Position numbers and translations under genes: made by a program
Shown: one piece after another, positions 41,558-51,551 of the stretch
Layout: the number at the start of each line of letters is the position of its first letter
How positions within the stretch are numbered: the first letter of the stretch is position 1
Notes under the pieces: model-generated
The model's input: the letters and a program-made list of their open reading frames with translations, nothing else
What the model was told of the DNA's origin: nothing
Databases searched by the model: none
Assembly: GCA_963780185.1 (NCBI GenBank)
Contig: CAWABA010000011.1
Location: forward strand, 32,001-96,000
Source of the DNA: Candidatus Bathyarchaeota archaeon
Lineage (GTDB): Archaea > Thermoproteota > Bathyarchaeia > Bathyarchaeales > Bathycorpusculaceae
Direction of reading: 5' to 3'
Length of the DNA: 64,000 bases

Positions 41558-42487
41558 TTATTTCATACTTCCAACTTTTATGTAACCCGAATTTGCCAGA
41601 TTATCCCAATTAAACGATGAGTCATAATTGTTCGCTATCTCTTTTAACTTTTTTACTAAATCCGGAACAGTCACGACTATATTATGCTCCATTACCAACT
41701 GGATTTGTATTTCAAGAACTAACGGGTATGCTGAGAACAAGTAATTGTCTACTTCGCTTCTTGCATTTCGCCCAAGTTTATTTATCGCTTGTTTCATCAG
41801 CGACCAAAGACTGTCATCGGAAATGTCAAGACGAGTAGAAATATTCGTTGACAGAAGCAGTTGAACGTATTTTCCGTTAATAGCTTCATTTTGGTTAAGC
41901 GCTTCCCGCATTTGATAGCCAATGCTCGTAAGGGTGAAAGAACCGAAACAAGTCTTTTTAGGTCTTAGTATTCCGAGATCAACCAACCATTCAAAATAAG
42001 ACTCAACAAAATGTTCTGAAAGGTGTAATTCGCTTACATAATCCTTAATGTAATTATTTATTCTCAAATGACAGATTAGTTCCCGAAAATCCTTTAAGTT
42101 AATTAATCTTAAAAAGAAAGAAATCTTTTCCTTCTTTGTTAGAAAAAAACTTTGCTTATCATCAATGTTCGCCAGGAAAACAGTATATCCATTAGGTATT
42201 ACAATTCTACCTTCTATTCTCAGAAAATCGAGCCAGTCTGCAAATCGAAGGTAATTTCTTGCCACCGCTCTTGACCTTAAAACGCCTGTGTTTCTGATAT
42301 ATTTTAATAATTCTGGATTAATCAATTCGGATGCTTTCAAGAGCTTCTCTATAAAAAGATCCATGTCGATGGAAGGCGACTCAAGAAGTTTAGAAGAGAT
42401 CAGCACAAAATATCTTAGCCGCCTGGCTTCTCCAAGTGGGGAACGCTTAGTATCTACAACCTGTGGCTCAATTCCGTCCATTAACAA
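41558..42487 (-). CDS. Hypothetical protein, possible tandem winged-helix domains
   Basis: ARNYLRFADWLDFL and YFEWLVDLGIL..FTLTSIG segments. Confidence 0.75.
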   Translation of the reverse strand: MLMDGIEPQVVDTKRSPLGEARRLRYFVLISSKLLESPSIDMDLFIEKLLKASELINPELLKYIRNTGVLRSRAVARNYLRFADWLDFLRIEGRIVIPNGYTVFLANIDDKQSFFLTKKEKISFFLRLINLKDFRELICHLRINNYIKDYVSELHLSEHFVESYFEWLVDLGILRPKKTCFGSFTLTSIGYQMREALNQNEAINGKYVQLLLSTNISTRLDISDDSLWSLMKQAINKLGRNARSEVDNYLFSAYPLVLEIQIQLVMEHNIVVTVPDLVKKLKEIANNYDSSFNWDNLANSGYIKVGSMK

Positions 42488-42551
42488 GTGACCCTTTTTA
42501 TTTAAGTAGACTCAATAAGAATTTAAATCCTACCGTTAGTTGAATCCGTTT

Positions 42552-43044
42552 ATGCAAGTTAAAATCGGTAATGTCTCATTTGAGGTTCCACTTCTTCCGT
42601 TTCGTTTAGAGGGAAATGATGAATACATATTACTCGATACCAGCTGCTTGTTAGATATACTTCCAAAAACTAAACCCTTCTTTTTTACTAGTGAAGAAAA
42701 GAAATCTAAAGATAGCTATCCTCGAAAAAACTATTCGCGAGGTTGAAGAGCACTTGACAAAGTCACTTATAACTCGCCAAGAAGAAAATGCCTCAACTTT
42801 CGGTATTGAAAGCGCCGGCAATTGCCTTAGAAAAATACTAATGGATACCAGAATAAAGAAGATATCCAATCCAACGACCACCGACAAAAAACTAGCAAGT
42901 TATGAGAAATTTGCTGAAGATAAAATACTGGCTTACGCATTATTTGAAGGGAAATTCAAGGCAATTTCGACAAAGGGGGACACAGCTTTTTCAAATCGCC
43001 TAAAAGATAAACATATTTCAGTTGATAAGATTCTTAAACCCTGA
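42552..43044 (+). CDS. PIN-like protein (+1 indel in the T-run near 42685)
   Basis: ILLDTSCLL, TIREVE, TTTDKKL, STKGDTAF after joining ORFs 42540-42746 and 42691-43044. Confidence 0.65.
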
Positions 43045-43105
43045 TACGATAGCGTCTTATTCCAACGCTTTGCATAGGACTCGGTGTGTGGGCGCAACGC
43101 TCCCT

Positions 43106-44665
43106 TTATAGGAACCCTTTGGATCTTCTGGCAACTGCGTCTGCAAGTTTCAGTTCAATTGGGAACGAGAAGGATCTGTGTTTCCATCGGTACTTCTCAA
43201 TTTTGTTCATCATTGTGTAAGCTGTTTTGAAGGCGAAGTCGCGTTCTTTTATTCTTGCTTCTGGGAGAAACGCCAGACGGGTAACGGCTGAAATCGTGTG
43301 GAGTTTTGCAATTTGTTTTTTGCTGTGCCAAGGCGGGTCAAAATGGAAAACTTGGATGCTTCCCCACGCCTCAAGCGACTGAGGCGGAACAAAACCCGAT
43401 GGCAAAACATTGGCTAGCGGGCTCGGGAACGGGGTGTAGACGAATATGCCGTAGTGCTGGGTTTTCGGGTTGACTTCGGACATTTTATCCATCAAGTCAA
43501 AGGTTTGGTTTAGGTCTTGGTCTGTTTCGCCTGGTAAGCCGCTCATCCATGAAACGTAGGGCTCGATGGATGGCGCCCAAGCCTTGAGGTTTGCAACGGA
43601 TTGGAGCATTTGGTCCGCTGTCACGTCTTTGCAGATGAGTTCCTGCAGACGCGGGGACCCTGATTCGCCTCCGAAATCAAGCTCAACGCAGCCCGCCCGC
43701 TCCAAAAGCCCGAGAAATTCCCTGTCGTATGTTGATAGGTAATCGAATCGGCAGTTAGCCCGCCACTGAACATGTATTTTCCTGTCGATGATACCTTGGC
43801 AGATGTCTCTAACGCGCTGTTGATCCACAAAAACGTTGTCGTCGATGGGGTCGATTATTTTGACGTTTGGAAATTTTTTGAGGATGTATTCTATTTCGTC
43901 GAGGACGCGGCTTGCGCTTTTGCCTCGCCACCTTTTTTTGTTGAACAGGGTGTTGTAGCAGAAACCGCATCTGTGGGGGCAGCCTCTGCTGGTTTGGATG
44001 TGGAACCTGCCTGATTTTACGGATGGGTAGCGGTCCATTTGGAGGAGGTCGTATGGCAGGTCGATGGGTGTTGCGTCTAAGTCGATTATTTTGCCGTCAG
44101 GGTTGCTCTTCACTGCGCCGCCAACGCGGTAGGTTATGCCTGCAACGCCCTCAAGCGGCTGAGCTGACGCAAGAGCATTCGCCAAGTCCTTGACTATTAG
44201 TTCCCCTTCTCCGCGGACAACCACGTCCACGAGTGGGTGGCTTGCGGTTTGTTCAGGCAGAAGCGTTGGGTGTACGCCGCCCCAGACCAGCGGGCAGGAC
44301 GGGTTTTGCGTTTTCACGTAATGGGCGAGTTCCAACGCGTACTTGATTTGTAGGCCGCTCATGCAGCTTATGCCCACGAAGAGGGGGTCGCCGACGTTGA
44401 AGCTGCGGTAGTCTTCGAGACGCATGTCGAGGACGCGGACACAAAAGCCTTCCTGACGGAGAGACGCGGCTATGTAGAGGAGGGCGAGGGGGACTTGGGG
44501 GTCGGGTGCCTTGAATTTTCCTGGGAAAACAAGCAGGACCTCTTTTTTGCCTTCGGCGGGGGCGTTGTTAAGGGGGGAGGATGGAGTCTGGGTTGAAACC
44601 ACGCTTGCAAAACCTCTATAAGAGGTAATTGAACATGTGTTTTTAATTGTTTCTGAAACAGCCAA
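43106..44665 (-). CDS. B12-binding radical SAM protein
   Basis: PLALLYIAA, VWGGVHPT, VRGEGE, TSRGCPHRCGFC, GGESGS; true start probably further downstream. Confidence 0.93.
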   Translation of the reverse strand: MAVSETIKNTCSITSYRGFASVVSTQTPSSPLNNAPAEGKKEVLLVFPGKFKAPDPQVPLALLYIAASLRQEGFCVRVLDMRLEDYRSFNVGDPLFVGISCMSGLQIKYALELAHYVKTQNPSCPLVWGGVHPTLLPEQTASHPLVDVVVRGEGELIVKDLANALASAQPLEGVAGITYRVGGAVKSNPDGKIIDLDATPIDLPYDLLQMDRYPSVKSGRFHIQTSRGCPHRCGFCYNTLFNKKRWRGKSASRVLDEIEYILKKFPNVKIIDPIDDNVFVDQQRVRDICQGIIDRKIHVQWRANCRFDYLSTYDREFLGLLERAGCVELDFGGESGSPRLQELICKDVTADQMLQSVANLKAWAPSIEPYVSWMSGLPGETDQDLNQTFDLMDKMSEVNPKTQHYGIFVYTPFPSPLANVLPSGFVPPQSLEAWGSIQVFHFDPPWHSKKQIAKLHTISAVTRLAFLPEARIKERDFAFKTAYTMMNKIEKYRWKHRSFSFPIELKLADAVARRSKGFL

Positions 44666-44758
44666 AACAGTCTGCTATCTCTAACGCATATTCAAAGGCA
44701 GATTGTGTCTCTAAACCAAAAAAGCAGCTTGAGGCAAGCCCTTCGCGGTAGGGCCATC

Positions 44759-44876
44759 GGGGGAGGGGGTCTAGTATTTACATCAAAAATCAACCACAAA
44801 TACTAGTCAACCCTGAAAACCAAAATGGGCCCCTACCCCCATTTTTACATCAAAAACCCATTGTAAAAATGGTTTC
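44759..44876. repeat. Dispersed intergenic repeat modules (copy 2, module order swapped relative to 3.1 kb)
   Basis: GGGAGGGGGTCTAGTATTT..AACCACAAA then CCCCATTTTTACATCAAAA..ATGGTTTC. Confidence 0.72.
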
Positions 44877-44950
44877 CCATGGACTGAAGAAATAACCCTA
44901 AACTTTTAAGAAAAACAGAAAACAAAAAGGCAGGATGAAGAAAAGGAAAG

Positions 44951-45355
44951 TTACTTCAGCGGCACATACATTGAAGATCTTGACGCGCCGATACCTGGAG
45001 TTCCATGACGGACAGGCTTGTTCGTTATCGCGAACTCGCCGAGGTAGTGCCCAATCATTTCAGGCTTCATTTCAACCGCAACGAATTCTTTGCCGTTGTG
45101 TATCTGGATTTTTACTCCAACCATTTCCGGCAGGATAATCAGGTCGCGGACGTGAGTTTTAAGGTTGACTTCTTTTCCCTGTTTTTGTGCCTCTTTAGCT
45201 TCACGCAGTTTCTCTAGCAGTATGCGTTGTTCCGCGGTTAAGCCGCGTTGAAGGCTTCTTCTCTGTCTCGAAGGAAGCAAATTGATGAATTCATCCATAG
45301 ACATCCCTGTTAAACTGACCAAGCTGTGTCCGCGGTAACTAAATTCTTTCGGCAT
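44951..45355 (-). CDS. rps19: 30S ribosomal protein S19
   Basis: [35 protein letters not shown]. Confidence 0.98.
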   Translation of the reverse strand: MPKEFSYRGHSLVSLTGMSMDEFINLLPSRQRRSLQRGLTAEQRILLEKLREAKEAQKQGKEVNLKTHVRDLIILPEMVGVKIQIHNGKEFVAVEMKPEMIGHYLGEFAITNKPVRHGTPGIGASRSSMYVPLK

Positions 45356-45409
45356 TTTTCATCTTCACCTTAAACTCTTCTTAAACGCTATAAACCTTCT
45401 GCCCTACTC

Positions 45410-46150
45410 TTAGCGGATTGCCCGCTTCTTCTTTTGTCCCGGTCCTCTTGCAGCAATCAAACCGACTTTCTGTCCTGGAGGAGCGCCATGCGAAGTTGTT
45501 GTGCATCTGCGAGAGCTTCGTTTGCTGCTTCCATAGGGGTGAACTGCTGGAACCATTTTGCGTCCGCTAGTTCTCGGGTACTTGTGACCTTTAGCTTTCA
45601 TCCAATGAAACATCTCGCCTGCCTTAAGGAACGGCTTCTCGATTCTTCCAGAAGCGGAAACTACGCCGACGGTTGCTAAGCAGTAGTCGTCGACGTACCT
45701 TGTTCTTCCGGAGGGCAGCCGTATCATTGTGCCTTGCGGAGTGTGACCGACAACGGTTGCGTAAGCGCCTGAAGACTTCGCCATTTTGCCGCCGTCGCCT
45801 GGACGGAGCTCTATGCCGCAGACGATGGTTCCTTCAGGGATCTTCCCCAGTGAAACGATGTTGCCTATTTCGGCAGGTGCTTTTCCACCGTAGGTGATTT
45901 GTTGCCCCATAAAGACGCCTTCGGGAACAATCGAGTAGAATGACAATCCGTTCTCGAATTTGATGAGTGAAAGGGGTGAGCCTCGACCTGGATCATGCAT
46001 TAGTTCTTGCACTGTGCCGCATAGTGAGGCGTCAAAGGATTCTTTCGGTGTTATCGCAGGGTACTTTGCTGGAGCAACTCGTTTATGAGTGGAAGCTCGC
46101 CAGTTTCGACCGCCGCGACCGCGTCTCTGAACACGTATACGTTTTCCCAT
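45410..46150 (-). CDS. rpl2: 50S ribosomal protein L2
   Basis: MGKRIRVQRRGRG, HDPGR, PPGQKVGLIAAR. Confidence 0.98.
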   Translation of the reverse strand: MGKRIRVQRRGRGGRNWRASTHKRVAPAKYPAITPKESFDASLCGTVQELMHDPGRGSPLSLIKFENGLSFYSIVPEGVFMGQQITYGGKAPAEIGNIVSLGKIPEGTIVCGIELRPGDGGKMAKSSGAYATVVGHTPQGTMIRLPSGRTRYVDDYCLATVGVVSASGRIEKPFLKAGEMFHWMKAKGHKYPRTSGRKMVPAVHPYGSSKRSSRRCTTTSHGAPPGQKVGLIAARGPGQKKKRAIR

Positions 46151-46170
46151 AAGTCATGCATCCAATTAGT

Positions 46171-46431
46171 TTATAGTATTCCTAGTTTGATTGCGACGTC
46201 TGAAGCCTTGAATTCGGGGGTTAGCTTCACGAAGGCTTTTTTCACGCCTTGCGGAGTGATAAGCAAGTTTACTTTGTTTACTTTAACTTCGTAAAGTTCT
46301 TCAACGGCTTTTTTTATGTCGCTTTTTCCTGCCTTGATGTTAACGACAAAGAGCAGTTTGTTATCTTTCTCAACCATTACGCTTGCGGATTCCGTCATTA
46401 ACGGGTAACGTATTACATCATTGTTATCCAT
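46171..46431 (-). CDS. rpl23: 50S ribosomal protein L23
   Basis: YPLMTE, IKKAVEELYEVKV, KKAFVKL. Confidence 0.97.
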   Translation of the reverse strand: MDNNDVIRYPLMTESASVMVEKDNKLLFVVNIKAGKSDIKKAVEELYEVKVNKVNLLITPQGVKKAFVKLTPEFKASDVAIKLGIL

Positions 46432-47224
46432 TATTCTGTTTCCCCTTTGCTGTAAAGTTTATCTAGACTTTCAATTGCGCCGTTGGTCCAAACCGTTAAT
46501 CGACCGGGATGAGTTCCTGGCGCTAACATTTCAGTGTTAAGATTCTTAACCGTGGTTACCTGGACACCTGGAACGTTGCTTGCAGCGTTAGTTAACCCCT
46601 TACCGTCAACAACTACAATTAGCGGCCCTACGGCTTGCTTCATTTTTCTGCCTCTGTGTTTGCCTTTGCCTGCGCGGATTTTTCGGCTGTTTCGAACTCG
46701 AGTAATGTCGCTTAGGACACCGAGTTTTGTGAGGGCTTCCTCGACTTCTTGAGCCTTTGTTAAGCTCTCGATTGCGTTATCAACAATTAACGGTATGTCG
46801 ACAACCGCTTCGATTTTGTGTCCTCGTAAAGCTACCGTTTCTTTTTGCGCTGTTGCCGCGATCGCTGAAAACAACGCTAATTTAGCCTCTTTCTTCGGGA
46901 TGCTTTTGAGGATTTTCTTTTCGGCTCTCGGAGGGTGAGGCTGTCTTCCTTTAACTGTGCTTGGAGCAAAAGCTGCTCTTCCACTGCCGCCTTTTATGCG
47001 AGGAATTCTTGCGGTTCCGCTGCCTGTTCCACGTGACTCTGCGCTCGTTCGTTTCCCAGCCATTGGGTCTCTGCCTTGCGGCTGCAACCTGCTTGACTGT
47101 ATGGCTAGACTGCACGTTTTATCACGTCAGGCCGAAGAGGTGTGGAGAATACTGATGGAAGGGCAATGTTGCCTGTTGATTCGCCTTGTAAATCGAAAAT
47201 TTTCGCGGTTTTTTGCTGTGGCAT
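46431..47224 (-). CDS. rpl4: 50S ribosomal protein L4 (one base missing near 47108)
   Basis: [22 protein letters not shown] then shifted [18 protein letters not shown]; [19 protein letters not shown]. Confidence 0.95.
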
Positions 47225-47236
47225 AACTTTTCAACC

Positions 47237-48250
47237 TTACTTCCCTTGTGGTGATTCCAGCGACACATATGTTACTTGTGGTGGGGCTTCCGGTATTTCT
47301 CTTGGTGGACGTGCTGGAACGCGTAGGCGAATTTGGCGTTTTTCTGTTCCTGGGATGCTGCCTTCCATGAGGATGTATGGTCCTTTTACTTCGCCGTATC
47401 GGATATATCCGCCTTTGACGGTTACTTCTTTGCCGTCTTTGCCGATTTTGAGTATGCGTTTGTTGAATTCTATGCGTTGGTGATATCCCATTTGTCCTGC
47501 TCGCGGAATTGAGTACATGAGGTGGTGGGGGTTCCATGGTCCCAAGGTTGCGATGCCTCGTTTGGTTTTGCGGCCTTTATGCTGCAGCTTGGTTACTCCC
47601 CAACGTTTTACTGGTCCTTGGAAGCCTTTTCCGACTGTGACTCCTGCGACGTCTATGTATTGTCCGTCTTTGAAGACTTCTTCAGGCGTCACTGTTTTGC
47701 CTAAGAGTTGTTTGGCGTAATCGAGTTGCTGGGCGATTGTGCCTCCGCCGATTTGAACTTCACATGCGTCAGGCTTCTTCTTTGAGAGGCTTGTTTGGGT
47801 GGGTTGAGTTACCGTGATGACTCTGACGGCTGTTGTATCCTCTAGGTGCTGCTGGACTTTTTCAAGCATTTCTTCAGTGTTAAAGGTCTCTGGGAGAACC
47901 ATCAGCCTGTCGAGGATTGCTGGTGGATCTTTCATCCATGCCTCGCTGATGTTTTGTAGCCCATAGGGTGTTTTGGTATAAGTTCGAATGCCGCAGATAA
48001 GAATCGGCGGTGTTTCCAGTATGGTGGCTGCATGCATGACTTCTTTGCCGAAGTTTGGTGAACGTTTTCGGTCTTCGATGGCAAAAACATATGTCATGCC
48101 TGCCTTGTACGCTGAAAAGGCCAGCAGTTTTGGAGAATCAGAATTTATTTTTGGCCAATATCGGATTCGCGCAACTGGACTTTTAGCGCGTTTCCTAGGT
48201 AAATAAGCAAGTGAACCATGCTTAGGAGCGTGAGTTTTACGATGTCCCAT
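47237..48250 (-). CDS. rpl3: 50S ribosomal protein L3
   Basis: PKHGSLAYLPRKRA, YKAGMT, GKGFQGPVKRWG, RAGQMGYHQR. Confidence 0.98.
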   Translation of the reverse strand: MGHRKTHAPKHGSLAYLPRKRAKSPVARIRYWPKINSDSPKLLAFSAYKAGMTYVFAIEDRKRSPNFGKEVMHAATILETPPILICGIRTYTKTPYGLQNISEAWMKDPPAILDRLMVLPETFNTEEMLEKVQQHLEDTTAVRVITVTQPTQTSLSKKKPDACEVQIGGGTIAQQLDYAKQLLGKTVTPEEVFKDGQYIDVAGVTVGKGFQGPVKRWGVTKLQHKGRKTKRGIATLGPWNPHHLMYSIPRAGQMGYHQRIEFNKRILKIGKDGKEVTVKGGYIRYGEVKGPYILMEGSIPGTEKRQIRLRVPARPPREIPEAPPQVTYVSLESPQGK

Positions 48251-48400
48251 AGATTATCCGCTTCGCGCCATTAGCAAATATAAAGAGAGGTTATAAACAT
48301 TACCGTCAAAAACATCAAAGTGACCGCCGATATGGACTTTTGTGTCTTTCTCGTATAGACGCTTTGTTTCGTTTGATTATGGTATGGTTGTTGGGTTATT

Positions 48401-48616
48401 TCATTTTTGTGGTTGGTTTTTGGTTGATTTAGGTGTATATTTTTAAGTTGAGACTTTTGTTTTGGTGAAAGTTGAGACTTTCCACCGTGGCTTTTGATGT
48501 TTTGGGTTGTTTTTTTGGTTTGGGTTGCAGGGCTACGTTTGTTGTGCCCATTTGGGATGGGCGGATGCGACTTTCCATGTTGACTCTATGTTGAAGTTAT
48601 TGTCGGTTATGGGCGG
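48401..48616. repeat. ~180-bp dispersed repeat (copy B) plus an adjoining module shared with 3094-3118
   Basis: 48439-48616 colinear with 9754-9933; GAAAGT-TGAG-ACTTTC at 48467-48482; TCATTTTTGTGGT(T)GGTTTTTGGT at 48401. Confidence 0.9.
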
Positions 48617-48837
48617 AGCGGGGCGGCAGGTTCAGGTTTGCTTTGGCTTATTTTCCAATTTGGGAAACTTGAAGGCTTTGCCAGACGGCGACTTCCGCCA
48701 ATGGTCGGCTGGATAGAAATTGCTGTTCGAGTTGAGTGGCTTTATGCCGGGGTTCACCACCACATTACTGCACCCTCGCAGCCGACAGCTTTGGTTAGAA
48801 AACGTTTTTACATGCCAGACACAAATCCTATACCTGC

Positions 48838-48961
48838 GCCGGGGTGGCGGAGTGGTTAACGCGCCAGCCTCGAGATCTAACAAAAAAGAGGGCTAAGCCA
48901 AAAGGCAAGTTAGCTGGTGGGCTTCGCGCCCGCAGGGGTTCGAATCCCTTCCCCGGCGCCA
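48838..48961 (+). tRNA. tRNA-Ser(CGA) with a 37-nt intron at 37/38 (48875-48911)
   Basis: Acceptor GCCGGGG/CCCCGGC, G discriminator, CCA; CCAGC-CTCGAG[intron]A-GCTGG; long variable arm; GGTTCGAATCC. Confidence 0.9.
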
Positions 48962-49171
48962 ACTAACATGGGACATGTGGATAAGGGGGTGCTTGTCAAT
49001 GAAGAAATTTGAAAGTATTTCTTTTGTCCATTAAATTAGGCAATAAAAGCGCGTTAAATTATTTTCGTCTTTTAGTACATTTTTAAAAGGTCTAAAAAGA
49101 AAAGAGAATGGATTGAATCCACTCAGATTTAATTATAAATACTAAGAGAGGGTTATTAGGGATTACAAGAA

Positions 49172-49609
49172 GTGTTAACGTTGGAATCTTTAGAAGTTAC
49201 AATAGTTTGTTCGCAAGAACAATCCCTGAAAATTCCGAAAATTCTTGATGAAGTTAAGAAGGAACACGAAGGCATTTCCTATGCGATTGAAGACTCTTTC
49301 TCTTTTGCCCCGGTTTTCAACGAAAATTCGATAAAAATCGTTCTTTCAGCAATCCAAATCTCCGGCATTGCAGTCCCTGTTCTTACATCTTTAATGGAAA
49401 AGCTTCACAAGAATGATATGCGAACTGATTATAATGACCGCTATAAACTGGCACTCAGAACTCTTAAAGACAAAGCCCCTTTAATATGCGATCAGTTGGA
49501 AGATACTCCGTTTTTTAGTCAGTATAAATTTACTACAAAGTATGGGAAATATGTCTGGACATATAATAAAGGGAAGATTTCAATGAACCAAATTAAGGAG
49601 AAAGAATGA
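49172..49609 (+). CDS. Hypothetical protein coupled to dcd
   Basis: 145-aa ORF whose stop abuts the dcd start. Confidence 0.7.
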   Translation: MLTLESLEVTIVCSQEQSLKIPKILDEVKKEHEGISYAIEDSFSFAPVFNENSIKIVLSAIQISGIAVPVLTSLMEKLHKNDMRTDYNDRYKLALRTLKDKAPLICDQLEDTPFFSQYKFTTKYGKYVWTYNKGKISMNQIKEKE

Positions 49610-50206
49610 TTGACCGTTCTTTCCGACCAAGAACTGAAAGAACTTATTCGCAAAAAGGATGTAGTCGTCCACCCCATTTTATCTGAAAAGCAAATTCAGT
49701 GTGCCAAGATTGACTTGAGACTAAGTAACGTAATTTACATGATAAAGTATTTTGAACATGCTTGTTATGATCCAAGAAAGGAAAATATTGACTACGGTGA
49801 AGAAAGAAAAATTGATTTCAATGAAGCTTTCATACTTCATCCAGGAGACTTTGCGATGGCACCACTCTTTGAAAGAGTAAAGCTTCCCGCGAATATAGTA
49901 GGTCGTTTAGATGGTCGAAGCTCCTTTGGCAGATTGGGCATAATAATTCACGCGACTGCTGGAGGCATAGACCCAGGTTATTGCGGGAAAATTACTTGCG
50001 AACTTTCTAATCTAGGGAAAGTTCCTGTTGAACTTTATCCTTTGACACGAATCGCGTCACTAACATTGGAGAGACTTGACAAACCTTGCGAGAAAGCTTA
50101 TTGTAACAAACCCGATAGAAAATATAAGTCCGTTATGTCGACAATGCTGTCTGATGATTATGAATTTAAGGATAAATTGTTTGAAAAGCTAGCAAGCCGT
50201 TTATAA
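49610..50206 (+). CDS. dcd: dCTP deaminase (trimeric dUTPase superfamily)
   Basis: LSD, IDLRL, LHPGDF, GRSSFGRLG..HATAG.IDPGY.GKITCELSN. Confidence 0.93.
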   Translation: MTVLSDQELKELIRKKDVVVHPILSEKQIQCAKIDLRLSNVIYMIKYFEHACYDPRKENIDYGEERKIDFNEAFILHPGDFAMAPLFERVKLPANIVGRLDGRSSFGRLGIIIHATAGGIDPGYCGKITCELSNLGKVPVELYPLTRIASLTLERLDKPCEKAYCNKPDRKYKSVMSTMLSDDYEFKDKLFEKLASRL

Positions 50207-50207
50207 T

Positions 50208-51539
50208 TTAAGAGACTTCGAAAAGACCATTCCATTCTTTCTTAATTTTCCATTTTAGAATGCTATCGCATATAACCTCAAAATGTCTATCAGAAGAATA
50301 TCTTTGATTTTGAGCCATTACGACGTTCAACAAAATCCTTGTGTCCAAAGCCAAAGAAACTTCACTATCAAAAAAGAGATCAGCAATATCAATAAAGGGA
50401 TAAATTGGGTCAGTAAATATTTTTTCGTTTTTCGCCGAACTGGTTTGGAGTTGATACTGTTTTAAGGCAATTCGAAAGGAGCATATTTTTGACTTATCAA
50501 ACCAATCGGAAATAACCGCATATATTTTAATAATTTTGTCATCTGTCTCATTCGAGAATTTATCAGCTTCAAGCAAATCTTTAATTTTATCGCCAATCAT
50601 TGCAGAGCCACACGACTTACATTTGTCAAAAATATCTGTATATGATATATCGGCATCATTCACATACTGTTGTACAGCTCTAAGGCGGATTGCCATTTCA
50701 GGATGATCAAGGGTTTTATGGTAAGGCAATCTCTCGTAATAATTTACAAGTGATAATAGATACATTGGACCAAAGTACTTAGCCGAGAATATGTCCATGA
50801 ATATTTCTGTAATCCATTTTGAGTTGGTTGCTTTATCTTCACTGAGTGTTGGCAATTCAGGGTTAGCATAAAATAAACTCTTAACAAGGTTCTTTTCCCT
50901 GTCCAAAATATGGAATAACTCATGTATCAAAATTGGCCATAGAAGAACGTTTTTGAATTCCCCCCGAATGTACGATATAACATATCCATGCGAAATTTTG
51001 TATCCCTCAAAAATATCCGAAACATCAATCTGAGCCAAGCTACCTGGTTGTGTTATACCTGCTCCAAGCTCTAATCCTACAGAAAGAGGTTCAATAATAG
51101 TTTCCTTAAATGAGTGATTAATAAATTGATTACTTGCTTCTATTATTATTTTTACATCCAAATTTAAATCATCTAAAATCGATTGAACCCAATAATAGAT
51201 TTCAAAAGGTACCATATCTGTTGTTTGATTATTAAAATTCAAGTTGAACCTTTCAACAAGGTTGTAATATTCAACAACTTGCTTAGTCCAGTATTTTCTA
51301 ATAACATCTTCAATGCTAATTTTGCCTCCTCTCTTTTCGATAGTTTCTTGAATATTTGTCGCGGGTTTGATGACAGTTTTCGTTAAAATATTCTTAATAA
51401 TTTTTAGGCCATTTTTGTGGTTATTGGCAGATAAAATTAGATTATTTCTCGCTTGAGGATAAACTACCTCAGCGCTCTTCCATTCATCAATTTCTTTTAT
51501 AATAGAGTCTATGTGATCGCGAAGCGAATCGAGCGGCAT
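50208..51539 (-). CDS. HExxH zinc-metallopeptidase-like protein
   Basis: LWPILIHELFH, WITEIFMDIFSAKYFGPMY, HPEMAIRL. Confidence 0.75.
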   Translation of the reverse strand: MPLDSLRDHIDSIIKEIDEWKSAEVVYPQARNNLILSANNHKNGLKIIKNILTKTVIKPATNIQETIEKRGGKISIEDVIRKYWTKQVVEYYNLVERFNLNFNNQTTDMVPFEIYYWVQSILDDLNLDVKIIIEASNQFINHSFKETIIEPLSVGLELGAGITQPGSLAQIDVSDIFEGYKISHGYVISYIRGEFKNVLLWPILIHELFHILDREKNLVKSLFYANPELPTLSEDKATNSKWITEIFMDIFSAKYFGPMYLLSLVNYYERLPYHKTLDHPEMAIRLRAVQQYVNDADISYTDIFDKCKSCGSAMIGDKIKDLLEADKFSNETDDKIIKIYAVISDWFDKSKICSFRIALKQYQLQTSSAKNEKIFTDPIYPFIDIADLFFDSEVSLALDTRILLNVVMAQNQRYSSDRHFEVICDSILKWKIKKEWNGLFEVS

Positions 51540-51551
51540 CTTAGTTCGGTC

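Larger units (their letters stand above)
38500..43060. mobile_element. AT-rich accessory island (putative defence locus); no integrase seen
   Basis: Visible shift to AT-rich sequence; occupies the vapC-radical SAM spacer that is empty in the duplicated copy; boundaries approximate. Confidence 0.65.

Noticed and set aside
44759-44890. Replication origin (G-strings, TCCATGGGAAAC on the minus strand)
   Set aside because: Only one weak ORB-like match, no cdc6/orc1 nearby, and the other repeat copies lack it.
46431-47224. rpl4 (also aclA, acn, rps27ae, MFS) as pseudogenes or programmed frameshifts
   Set aside because: These are essential or otherwise intact genes with single-base indels and no common slippery site; sequencing error is more parsimonious.
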